A stretch of 64,000 bases of DNA from Azolla caroliniana (GCA_043228905.1 JBHGNT010000013.1:14260001-14324000), one strand, 5' to 3'; shown: positions 53,101 through 64,000, numbered from the stretch's first letter. The notes: generated by a model from the letters alone, not told the origin. Numbers and translations are program-made.

Positions 53101-55127
53101 GGCCCCGATCCCGAAATGGATTCGGATGAAGAGGAAACGGAGGAGCCGGTTACCGAAGCTCCGGAACGGAGATATCCTCTAAGAGAGAGAAGGGCCCCCC
53201 GGAGATTTCCGGAACCAGAGCACGTGCTGCTAACTGACGAGGGGGAGCCGGAGAGTTTTGAAGAAGCAAAGCTTGACACCCATAGCCGTAGGTGGTTAAG
53301 TGCCATGCAGGAGGAGATGGATTCCCTGCATGAGAACCACACATATGAACTTGTGGAGTTGCCGAAAGGAAAACGGGCACTTCGAAACAAGTGGGTGTTC
53401 AAGCTGAAACCGGGAGATGCCGGAAACCCCCCGAGATACAAAGCCAGGATCGTGGTGAAGGGGTTCCAGCAGAAGAAGGGCGTCGACTTCGACGAGATAT
53501 TTGCCCCGGTAGTGAAGATGACCTCCATCCGGACGGTGCTGAGCATAGCGGCAAGCATGGACCTCGAGGTAGAACAAATGGACGTGAAGACGGCATTCCT
53601 TCACGGTGACCTCGAAGAAGAGATCTACATGCAGCAACCGGAAGGATTCGAGAAGAAAGGGAAGGAGCACCTGGTATGCCGGTTGAAGAAGAGCCTTTAC
53701 GGACTGAAGCAGGCTCCCCGGCAATGGTACCGGAAGTTCGACTCTTTCATGACCGACGAAGGGTACCACAAAACGCAGTCCGATCACTGCGTGTTTGTGA
53801 AGAAGTTCGAAGGAGGAGACTCTCTAATACTCCTCCTGTACGTGGACGACATGTTGATCGTCGGAAGGGACCAGGTCAAGATACGGATGCTGAAGAAAGC
53901 GCTTCACCGAACTTTCTCAATGAAGGACCTGGGTCCGGCGAGGCAAATACTAGGGATGCACATCATCCGGGACCGGAAGAAGAAGCAGTTGTGGCTGTCA
54001 CAAGAGAAGTACGTGACAAAGGTGCTTCACCGGTTCAACATGTCGGAAGCAAGACCGGTCGGATCAACCCTCTCGGCAAACTGCAAGTTGTCCAGCAAGC
54101 AAAGCCCCAAGACAAAGGCTGAGAAGGAGGACATGATGAAAGTACCATATGCCTCTGCCGTCGGGAGCTTGATGTACGCAATGGTGTGTACAAGACCGGA
54201 CATAGGATATGCAGTCGGAGTGGTGAGCCGGTACATGAGCAATCCCGGCAAAGAACACTGGAACGCGGCCAAGTGGATACTCCGATACTTGAAGGGCATG
54301 GCAAACGTGTGCCTCCGATTCGGCTCCGGTAAGCCCGAACTCGACGGCTTTACCGATTCGGATATGTCGGCTGATGCAGATACCAGCCGGTCCACATCAG
54401 GGTATGTGATGACGTATGCAGGGGGAGCTGTTTCGTGGCAGTCGAGGCTGCAGAAGACGGTTGCACTGTCAACCACGGAGGCGGAGTACATGGCGGCTGT
54501 TGAAGCCGGCAAGGAAATGATATGGATGAAGGACTTCATTAGAGAGCTCGGTATCCGGCAGGAGGAGTACCGACTCTACTGCGACAGTCAGAGTGCCATC
54601 CACCTTGCGAAGAACGCGGCCTATCACTCCCGGACGAAGCACATCCAGCGAAGATATCACTGGATCCGGGAAAGGATAGAAGACCAGGAGTTCGTGCTGA
54701 CGAAGATCCACACGGACGAGAACGGGTCAGATATGCTGACCAAAGTGCTCACACCCGACAAGCTGGAAGCGTGCCGGAAGAGGGTCGGACTGGAAAGACA
54801 TCCCATGCCGAAGTGAAGGGGGAGTTTGTTGGGATTACGGTCCCTCCGGATGGGATGTCCGGAGATGAATGACGGCAAGCCCGGTTGCGGTTACGGAACC
54901 GGATGATGAAGAGTACCCGGCATGAAGCCGCATGAAGCTTCACCATTGTACATCTCTGTTTATAGTGATAGTTGGAGTTTGAGGACTCCCGTGGTTTTTC
55001 CCATTTAGGGTTTTCCACGTAAAACATCCTGTGTACTCTTCTCTCTATTGTCTTCATGCATTTTCTATTTCCTGTTTTCTGTGAGGTGATCCTATTCCTC
55101 GGTGGTGGCCGAGCACTGTGTTCAACA
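50105..55127 (+). mobile_element. Tnt1/Tork-like Copia K, near intact
   Basis: Perfect TSD GATGT, LTRs 50105-50711 and 54827-55127, iMet PBS 50715-50726, PPT before 54827. Confidence 0.96.
50743..54816 (+). pseudogene. gag-pol: Copia K single gag-pol frame with two in-frame stops (~50839 TGA, 52306 TAG)
   Basis: ATG 50743 and track ORFs 50908..52308 and 52360..54816 share one frame. All gag, PR, INT, RT and RH motifs are present. Confidence 0.94.
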
Positions 55128-55489
55128 GATGTTTTCCATTTTTCTTAGATTCTCATAGTAAGCCTTTGATGTCGTATAGAAATCCGATTCATTCCATCTA
55201 GATTTGACGCAACGTGTCGAATTTTACTCTATACATCTAGAATTGGATATAATGCATCAGATTCCTGTAAGTCTTGGAATTTTTTTAAAAATTTCCATTA
55301 AAAAAATACTCTTGCATTTTAATGCATTGCATTGAATTCTAGCTACATAGACTAAAATATGATACATTGCATGGATTTCCTGAAAATACATAAATAAATA
55401 CAAATTGAAAAAATAAAACATTTTCCCATAAATAAATAAATAAACATTTTTTATTTTACTCATAAATAAATAAATAAAAATTGACAAAT

Positions 55490-57040
55490 TAGATTTCAAT
55501 GAAAATCCAATTCCGTGGGTCGGATTCAATTGAAAATCCGATTTCTCTTATTTTTTTGAAAATTTTCTTATTTTTTGAATTGTTTTTTAATTTGTTTTTA
55601 TTTTTCCCATAAAAAAATAAATAAAAATTGAAAAAATAGATTTTCAACGGAAATCCGATGCACTGCATCGGATTTTGGTTGAAAGTCCACTTTTACATAT
55701 TCTTTTCCAAATTTGCTTTTTTTTTTTAATTGTTTTGAATTTTTTCTATAAAAAATAATTTTGTTTGTCTATTTTCTCATAAATAACTATATAGAAATTG
55801 AAAAAATGAATTTTCAAAGGAAATCCGATGCAATGCATCGGATTTCTATTGAAAGTCCACTTTTTGCTATTTGTTACCAAATTTTCATATTTTAAAATAT
55901 TTTTTTGTATTTTTTTAAAAAAAATTCATTTTTTCCCATAAATAAATAAATAAAAATTGAAAAAAATGGGTTTTCAATAGAAATCTGATGCACTACATCG
56001 GATTTCTATTGAAAATCCATTTTGTCTTATTTGTTTCCAATTTTTCAGATATTTTGAATTTGTTTTTGTATTTGTTTTGAATTGTTTTTTTATTTATCAT
56101 AAATAAATATATAGGAATTGAAAAAAATGGATTTTCAACGGAAATCCGATGCACTACATCGGATTTCCATTGAAAGTCCACTTTTTCTTGTTTGTTTACA
56201 AATTTTCTTATTTGTTTATATTTTTCTCTAAAAAAGTGTTGAAAATAAACAAATTTTGATTTTCTCCATTTAAAATGATGTGTTTTCAACGAGAATCCGA
56301 TGCAGTGCACCGGATTCCCGTTGAAAACAGATCATTTTCAACAGGATTTTCAATGGAAATCCAATGCACTGCATCAGATTTCCGTTCAAAATCACTGAGT
56401 TTCAACAGAAATCCGATGCAGTGCATCGGATTTCCGTTGAAAGTCCAATATTTTTCTTATGTTTTTTCATAAAACATTAATTTGCAATTGAAATCCGACT
56501 CAATGGTTCGGATTTTGTTGAAAATGTAATATTTTTTTATTATCTCATTGTTTTATGAAAAACCTAAAAGAAATTTGGATTTTTAATTGAAATTCGATGT
56601 AGTGCATTAGATTTCAGTTGGAAATCCACTTTTTTAATATATTTTTATTTATTTTTTGAAAAAATGAAAAACAATTGAAAAGAAAGAGGATTGCCAGCTA
56701 AAATCTGATGCAATGCATCAATGTCTAGCTGTATAGACTACGATCTGATGTAGTGTATCGGATTTCAGTTGAAAAGCTGTTTATTATTTTTTTATATGGA
56801 AAATAAATAAATAAATAACATTGGAAAAAGAAAAAAGAAAAATGGATTTTCGACTCTAATCCAACGCATTGCATTAGATTCTAGCTATATATATTAAAAT
56901 ATAATGTAGTGCATAGTATTTTAGCTGAAAATCCATTTTTTATTTTTTAATTGAAAAAATTTTAAAAATTACAAAAAAAAAAAACTTGGATTTTCAACTG
57001 AAATCTAGTGCATCGCATTGGATTCCAATTAAAAATCCAA
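55490..57040. repeat. Array of about 14 palindromic ~45-bp units with A/T-rich spacers
   Basis: Consensus TTTTCAACGGAAATCCGATGCA-N-TGCATCGGATTTCCGTTGAAA at ~55641, 55811, 55971, 56132, 56283, 56347, 56400 and more degenerate copies. Confidence 0.88.
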
Positions 57041-60000
57041 GATTTTTTATTTTTTCAAATTTTATTGTTTCAAATTTTCAATGGGTTTTAGATTAGTTTT
57101 CTGACACAGGTATATAATATAAAACTCACATCAATTTAGATTAACGTTATATTCTATTCTTCAGTTTGATGTTACCTGTGCAATTTCATTCTACTGTCAT
57201 GTACTACTAAAACATACGCCTTAAAGATTATCAAGAACTCTGTTGCATTAGAGAAGGACCTTGAGCAAGTTAATGTCATCAAAATGAGGATCCAAGGTAT
57301 CTGGGGTTGTCCTGATCAAGACCAAGAAGTTGGGGCAAAGCATATCAATAAAACTTAGATGTTCCAGATGACTTTTAGAAAACTTGTGGAACTATAGATG
57401 AAGACGCAGGGCAACTTGTTGAATTAGAAGACGTTTCAAAGTCTGAACATACTAACAATTCAACTTAGCGTACTGACGAAGCCAATGAGGACAATCCTGA
57501 TGAAAGAGCTAATCCTGAGTAGACGGCTTTACCAGACTTATTATTCGATTGAATGGTTATGGCTTATTGTAAATTTTGAACAATATGAATTGTTAAATTT
57601 TGACGTAATATATAAGTTGAGCTTACTTATAATTTTCGTGTAACAATCATTGAACTTAGAAATTAAGTATACTTGTATGTGTACATGTTATCTAAACTCT
57701 CCTTTATCATTTGGGGTATATCGGAGATAAGTTTATACTCTATCATTTACTCGTATGATTGGAATGTTATTGTAGACTAGTTTATTTATACATTGACAGT
57801 GTCATGTATCACGTGTCAATGGAAATTTTCTCTTGACATAGTAGTATCTCTTAATTGCAAGGTTCACAATTTGCTTTAAGATGTATTATATTTAAATATA
57901 CACACATAATTAGAAGAAGTCACTTATTCAATGGGGCATGCTTTTTAGAATATGCACAAGGACCCGTGTTACTATTATACATGTGTTGACAAATACACCC
58001 CTGTCTAAGATTTGGACAAAAACATGGTAGATAGAATATACGTCGGATGATTTTGGTTGACGTGATATAAGTTAGTTCTTTTTTTCGCTATGTTTTCATA
58101 AACCACATACACATGTGTCGTGCCTTGTTGAAATTCTGCTTAAATAAGGCATTTTTTAACATCTCACTAAGATATGAAAAAGAGAATGCGACCTATTACC
58201 TGTTTCAAATGACCCGGTGTTTCGAGGTATAATCAACCACCGACAAATCGCGTTGCCGTAGGTTGCTCAACTCTTGTCGAAGTTGAAGCTTCCTGGCTGT
58301 GGTGCTCACGGCGAAGATCTTCTTCAGATTTTCCCACGCACCCTTTGGCATTTTTGCATCCCGAACATAGCTTAACAGTTGTTCGCCCACACAAGACACG
58401 AAACAGTACAGCACTCTGCTCGCCGATTGTTCCCACGCCGGGAAGTCTTTGTGTGTCGAATTGGGTGCTGTGTCATTTGCTCCATTGACATAGCTCCAGT
58501 AACCGTGTCCGAGCAAGTACTGGTGCATCTTGTAGGACCAAGATGCGTAGTTGATTGTGTCAAGCTTCTCCCTTGGAAGCGAGCTAGCCATTCCTCTGTC
58601 CATTGGTTTTCCTGTTCTTTTTCATTGGTTTTTTTTTTCTTCTTCAAGCAAAGTCAGCTGCAGAGGTTCTCAACCCTCACGCTCTGATACCATGAAAAGA
58701 ATGGCGTGCGGAAGCAATGTAGGAAAACAGAACAACAGAAAACGCAAGTTTAATGGAAAGGTTAGGTTTGCACAGTACTCATGGGAGAGACAGAGAGAGA
58801 GTAAACACAAGAACACAATTCAAAAAATAATACTCAATCTGTACATAGGATGTGCTCAATGAGCACTTTTATACAAGCCCTGACAATGGGCTGACATAAG
58901 TACTGACAATACTTGATTGCTCATAAATGAGCCTCGACACTTGCTCCCAAAACTATTCCTTACAAGGAATATCTTTCTAACGACCTTTCGATCTATGCAC
59001 CGATACAGCCTTCCTACGCACAGGTCTACGTACCGGCTTTACGCATCGGATTACGCACCAATGTTGAGCTTGTCTCTCAACAGTCACTTTATGGCCTGAA
59101 GCAAGCTCCCCGAGCTTGGAATGTGAAGATCACGCACCGGTTGCATAAGATGGGGTTTCCGGCCACCAAGTCCGACTCTTCATTGTTCATCCGGCAATGT
59201 TCGGACGGTCCGGTTTGCATCTTGTTGTATGTTGATGATCTAGTCATCACCGGACCCGGACTCGATGAAAGGACCTGGGGGACCTTCACTATTTCCTCGA
59301 GATCGAGGTGATCCGAACCCCTGCCGGCATATTGCTCTCACAAAGACACTATGTGTGGAATATGTTGTACAAGTTCGGCATGAAGGAATGCCGACCAATC
59401 TCCACACCCCTAGACCGGAACCAGAAGCTATGTCCCGACTCCGGACCGGCCTACGATGAGAAGTAGTTCCGACAAATCGTCGGAAGCCTTATATATTTGA
59501 CAATCACCCGACCCGACATCAGTTATCCAGTCGGCGTGATCAACCAATATATGCAGAAGCCGACCATGGAGCACCTTCTGTGCGCGCATCGAATTTTGCG
59601 ATATGTGAGCGGCACGAAGGAATGGGGATTGTTATACCGGCATGGTATAACCGAAGAGCTAGTCGGCTACATCGATGCCGACTGGGCCGGCGATGCATCA
59701 GATCGCCAATCCACCTCCGGCTATATGTTTTTCCTGAGCAGTGCAGCTGTTGTGTGGAGCAAAAAAAAGCAGCCAATAGTGGCCCTTTCAAGCACTGAGG
59801 CTGAATACCGGGGCGCTACCAAGGAGGTCAAGGTGCATAGAACCAAAAGGGTCGCGGCAAATGGGACCAGATTGGACAAGGAGCGCAAGCGAGCGGAGTG
59901 ATGCCAGAAGGAGTCGGGTGGAAGGATCGGTTGCCATGAAGATTAACACTACGATCCGACCTCTAGTTGAGCTTGAGGGGGAGTATTGAGCGGCAAGCTC

Positions 60001-60363
60001 AACCGGATCCAGATCGGGTGAATAAGCCTGAGCCGGAGCAACATTCGGAAGGATCAGCCGGATCGGTGAGCCGATGAGCAAGGGAGCCGGTTAGCTGGAT
60101 CTAGCAGTAACAGGAGGCCTAGTAGCAACATAAACTACTAGTTAGTTAATGCCTCATAGTTAGTGTCAATCCTCTTGGGACTTGTATAAATAGTGTTGTT
60201 GAGCACGTTGTATATACAAAGAACTATTATTGTTTGGTAATAGATTTTTAACATTCTACTATTTCTCTGTCTCTCTGGCGTACTATGTATATTCAAGCTC
60301 TCCATTAAACTTGCATTTTTGTTTTCGGTTTTCTATTGCTTCCGCATGCTATTCTTTTATACA

Positions 60364-61817
60364 CCATAATATTAATTTCTTAACCTGGCACAAACAGCAT
60401 GTCGGCAACTCCGACGACATTTGTTATTGATAGTAACCCCAACAAAAAGGGAGTCGTCGGTTGTAGGGTTCAACCCTGCGCGAGCGAACCCAACAGATTT
60501 CAAGTCTGTCACCTTAACCACTTGACCAAATCGGCCACTTTCCTGCAATCTTATTTTCTTAACTGTCACAAATGGCGTGGCGACAACTATGACAACGTGG
60601 CCCTAACAAAAATATAGTCACCAGTTGTAGTGTTTGATCATGAGCTAGCGAACCCAACAGATTTTGAGTCTTCGTGTTAACCTCGCATAGAGGGCATGGA
60701 GGCACCTATGATGATGTGGTTATTGGTAGTAACCCAGATAAAACGATAGTCGTCGGCTGCAGGGTTTGAACCTACGCGGGCGAACCCAACAGATTTCAAG
60801 TCTGTCGCCTTAACCACTCGGCCAAACCAACTAGTTTTTTGGAATCTTGTTTCCTATTTTGGAACAAAGGGCGCCGACAGCTATGATAATGTGGTTATTG
60901 ATAGTGACACTGAAAAAAGGGGAGGCGTTGGTTGTAATTTTCGATCGTGATCTAGCGAATTCAACAGATTTCAAGTCTTCTTCTTAACCGCTCGGCCAAG
61001 GCAACCGCTTGATCATCTTAAACCTTTCACAGACGGCATGGCGGCACCTACGACGATGTGGTTATTGGTAACAGGGGAATCGTAGGATGCAGGGTTGAAC
61101 CTGCACGGGCGATACCAACAGATTTCGAGTCTATCACCTTAACCACTCTGCCAAGCCAACCACATTTTCATAAAATCTAGTTTCGTTTTTTATAAAGAAT
61201 ACAACAACATCTACGTTGACTTGGTTATTGATAGTAACCCCGACAAAATCGGTTTTATCGGCTGTATGGTTTAAACTTACGAGGGTGAACCCCTCAGATT
61301 TCATGTCTGTCACCTTGACCACTCGGACAAGTTGACTGCTTTTCGTAATCCTGAGAAAAGGAGACTCATCGACTACAGGTTTACCCCCCCCCCCCTCAAG
61401 GGTGTGAACTTTCACGGGCGAACCGAACAGATTTAAAGTTTGTAGCATTGAATACTCGGCCGAACCGATGACTTTTCCATAATATTAATTTCTTAACCTG
61501 GCACAAATAGCATGTCGGCAACTCCGACGACATTTGTTAGTGATAGTAACCCCAACAAAAAGGGAGTCATCGGTTGTAGGGTTCGAACCTACGCGAGCAA
61601 ACCCAACAGATGTCAAGTCTGTTACCTTAACCACTCGGCCAAATAGACTAGTTGGCGTGGCAGCAACTATGACAACATGGCCCTGACAACAATATAGTCA
61701 TCAATTGTAGTGTTTGATTGTGAGCTAGCGAACCCAATAGATTCTGAGTCTTCGTGTTAACCTCGCATAGAGGGCATGGTGGCACCTACGATGATGTGGT
61801 TATTGGTAGTAACCCGG
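60364..61817 (-). repeat. tRNA-Ser-derived tandem array (continuation)
   Basis: Same monomer types as 16429-19631, plus one extra monomer type (~60455, 61565). Confidence 0.92.
60751..60831 (-). tRNA. tRNA-Ser(UGA), near-intact array copy
   Basis: GTTGGTTTGGCCGAGTGGTTAAGGCGACAGACTTGAAATCTGTTGGGTTCGCCCGCGTAGGTTCAAACCCTGCAGCCGACG folds as a type II cloverleaf with G-U pairs. Confidence 0.75.
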
Positions 61818-62638
61818 TGTCGTGAAGAATTTCGGCCAGAGGCAGAAACCGGGAAATATTGGCTACATCGACGGGGTGCAGCATGTGCAATCACCCTTGT
61901 ACATTTAGTGTGAATAATGAGGGCGCCTTGATGGCGCCGAAGAGTAATCAAGTCGGGACAAGAATCCCATGTAATAAGGTATTTATCCCACAATGCTACG
62001 GATCCCTCTCCTTGTTCTATAAAAGGAAGGGAGCGCCCTTGGTGAAGGGGTTGCCCATTTTTGGTAGTAGGGTATACCGTTAGAGGAAGAAATGTTCTCT
62101 CTTCCTCTTTCTTTTCTCTAGTTTTATGGTTTCTTCTTGTTCTCCTCTGCTTCTTCTTCGTCGTTCTGTGTGTCGAACCTTGGCATCTAGTGTTTCTGTT
62201 TTCTGCCCTGTTCTCTGTGCAAGACCCCGCTCGGAGCGACAAGCCCGAGAGCTCCCCGACCGGCGGCTTGGCAGTAGACAACAGTTGTATCCTATGCTAC
62301 CTACGTCCGGCTTGAAGTCGGTGTTGAATCTCGTTGTCTTGTAAATACATATACATTTGGTTGTGCATATTCATCCCTCTGTTGGTGTGTGTGTGTGTCT
62401 TAGTGTTTCTTTCTTGCTTATGTACATAAGGGGGCGAGTTGGGTTGGTACTGTGTGCGTGTGTGAGAGTCAATGTTGCGTGCCTATTCTCTCTCTCTCTC
62501 TCCCTTCGGTTGCATCTGGTGTGCTTCTAGGATGCCCCAGAATGGTGAAGCACGACTTCCTACGCTCCGTCACTCCCTAGTCCAAGACCCCCGTGGTCCC
62601 GCCTGGAATTCTACACGTCCCCGCGAAACATCGCGACA
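61818..62638 (+). mobile_element. Solo LTR of the Trp-primed Gypsy group
   Basis: TGTCGTGAAG...TCGCGACA, perfect 4-bp TSD CCGG, partial homology to the C and E LTRs. Confidence 0.9.
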
Positions 62639-64000
62639 CCGGACAAAAGGGTAGTCGTCGGCTACAGGGTTTGAACCTACGCGGGCGAACCCAACAGATT
62701 TCAAGTCTGTCGCCTTAACCACTCGGCCAAACCGACTAGTTTTTTGGAATCTTGTTTCCTATTTTGGAACAAAGGGCGTGGCGACAACTATGATAATGTG
62801 ATTATTGATAGTAACACTGACAAAAGGGGAGGCGTCGGTTGTAATGTTCGATCGTGATCTAGCGAATCCAACAAATTTTGAGTCTTCGTATTAACCACTC
62901 GGCCAAGGCAACTGTTTGTTCATCTTAAGCTTGGCACGGTGGGCATGGCGGCACCTACGACGATGTGGTTATTGGTAGTAACCCGGACAAAAGGGGAGTC
63001 GTAGGCTGCAGGGTTGAACGTGCGTGGGCGAACCCAACAAATTTCGAGTCTGTCGCCTTAACCACTTCGCCATGCCAACCACATTTTCATCGAATCTAGT
63101 TTCGTTTTCCTTGGACAAAGAGCACGACATCTACCTTGACGTGGTTATTGATAGTAACCCTATCAAAATGCGTTTCATTGGCTGCTAGGTTCAAACTTAT
63201 GCGGGTACGTTGGCACCTACGACGACGTGGTTATTGATAATAACCCTAGCAAAAAGGTAGTCATCGGTTGTAGTGTTTGATCGTGAGCTAGCGAACCCAA
63301 CAGATTCCGAGTCTTCTTCTTAACCTAGCATAGAGGGCATGGTGGCACCTACGATGATGTGGTTATTGGAAGGAACCTAGACAAAAGGGTAGTTTTCGGC
63401 TACAGGGTTCGAACCTACGTGCCCGAACCCAACAAATTTTAAGTTTGTTGCCTTAACCACTCATCTAAACCGACTAGTTTTTTGCAATCTTATTTTCTTA
63501 ATTTGGAACAAAGGGAGTGGTTATGATAACCTTGTTATTGATAGTAATACTGACAACACGTGAGTCATCGGTTGTAATATTTGGTCGTGAGCTAGCGAAC
63601 CCAACAAATTTTGAGTCTGTCGTCTTATTGACTCAGGCAAGTCATCCATGAAATTATGGGTTTCGTCGGTTGTAGGGTTTAACTTGAGCGGGCGAAACCA
63701 CGCATTTTCAAGTCTGTCACCTTAACCACTAGGCCAAGCCGACTGATTTTTCATAATCATATTTTATTAAGCAAGGGAACCCAACATATTTCAATTATGT
63801 CGTCTTAACCAATCGACAAAGTGGACTTCTTTTTCGCCTTAATTTCCCAACATGGAACAAAGGGCAAAGTGGCACTTATGAGGACGTGGTTATTAGTAGT
63901 AACCCCGACAAAAGGGGAGTCTTCATATGCAAGGTTCAAACATGTATAGGCGATCCCAACTGATTTTATGTCAGTCGCCTTAACTACTTGTCCAAGAGGA
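62639..64000 (-). repeat. tRNA-Ser-derived tandem array (continues past window end)
   Basis: Same monomers, increasingly degenerate toward 64000. Confidence 0.9.
62656..62736 (-). tRNA. tRNA-Ser(UGA), near-intact array copy
   Basis: Acceptor GTCGGTT/AGCCGAC, perfect anticodon stem ACAGA/TCTGT, variable arm GGG-TTCG-CCC, TTTT terminator 8 nt downstream. Confidence 0.75.

Larger units (their letters stand above)
49381..58221. mobile_element. Unclassified terminal-inverted-repeat DNA element (about 3.8 kb without K), no recognisable transposase
   Basis: 37-bp TIRs 49381-49417 and 58185-58221 (3 mismatches), flanked by TCGA on both sides. Removing it restores J gag (DYTS|RIKDI). Confidence 0.85.
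44630..59082 (-). mobile_element. Ty1/Copia J
   Basis: Perfect TSD GTCAC, LTRs 44630-~45015 and 58693-59082, iMet PBS 58681-58692. Gag is split by the TIR element. Confidence 0.94.
19632..60363 (+). mobile_element. Ty1/Copia element I (family of J), outermost host of the 40.7-kb nest, 5' LTR almost entirely deleted
   Basis: Gag 19638-19965 continues at 41924 (KFGAF|RTVVCT). RT continues across J (KKS|[11 protein letters not shown] at 59083). PPT 59975-59983 and 3' LTR 59984-~60363. 19632-19642 matches the LTR start. No matching TSD found. Confidence 0.82.

Noticed and set aside
55490-57040. CRISPR-like array (palindromic repeats with spacers)
   Set aside because: The spacers are long, related to each other and low-complexity, the repeats are degenerate, there are no cas genes and the context is eukaryotic.
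57200-57530. Transposase remnant in the TIR element
   Set aside because: Acidic coding-like composition, but interrupted by stops and with no DDE or zinc-finger motif I can recognise.
19627-60368. Matching TSD for Copia I
   Set aside because: The flanks GGTAG and CCATA/TACAC do not match and the array phase differs across the insertion, implying end deletion. The boundary is approximate.
1-64000. Many overlapping 60-250 aa ORFs in the track as novel genes
   Set aside because: They are antisense or off-frame shadows of GC-rich gag/pol, or of LTR and tandem repeats (e.g. 23198..24367, 29961..30674, 31292..31903).

Overview
Eukaryotic land-plant repetitive DNA (plant-type tRNA and PBS sequences; a fern or other seed-free plant is my guess, not shown). 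I found no host protein-coding gene. The backbone is a tandem array of degenerate minus-strand tRNA-Ser genes. About 40 monomers are visible at 16429-19631, 60364-61817 and 62639-64000, and on the left they form a 7-monomer higher-order repeat of ~1.05-1.1 kb. Everything else is nested transposons inserted into that array. Right stack: Copia I (19632-60363) contains chromovirus H, which contains Gypsy E, which contains Gypsy F and Copia G. Copia I also contains Copia J, which contains an unclassified TIR element, which contains Copia K. Left stack: Gypsy D contains a solo Copia LTR and non-autonomous C, which contains B, which contains A. Elements A-F and a solo LTR form one unusual non-chromo Ty3/Gypsy group. 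Its features are a perfect 18-nt tRNA-Trp PBS, 4-bp target sites all centred on CG, a covarying hairpin at the U5 end, a conserved pre-PPT motif, a DHG protease motif, and a candidate -1 frameshift (G GAU UUU UAG plus stem-loop) between gag-protease and RT-RH-INT. Coordinates were read by eye and may be off by a few bases.
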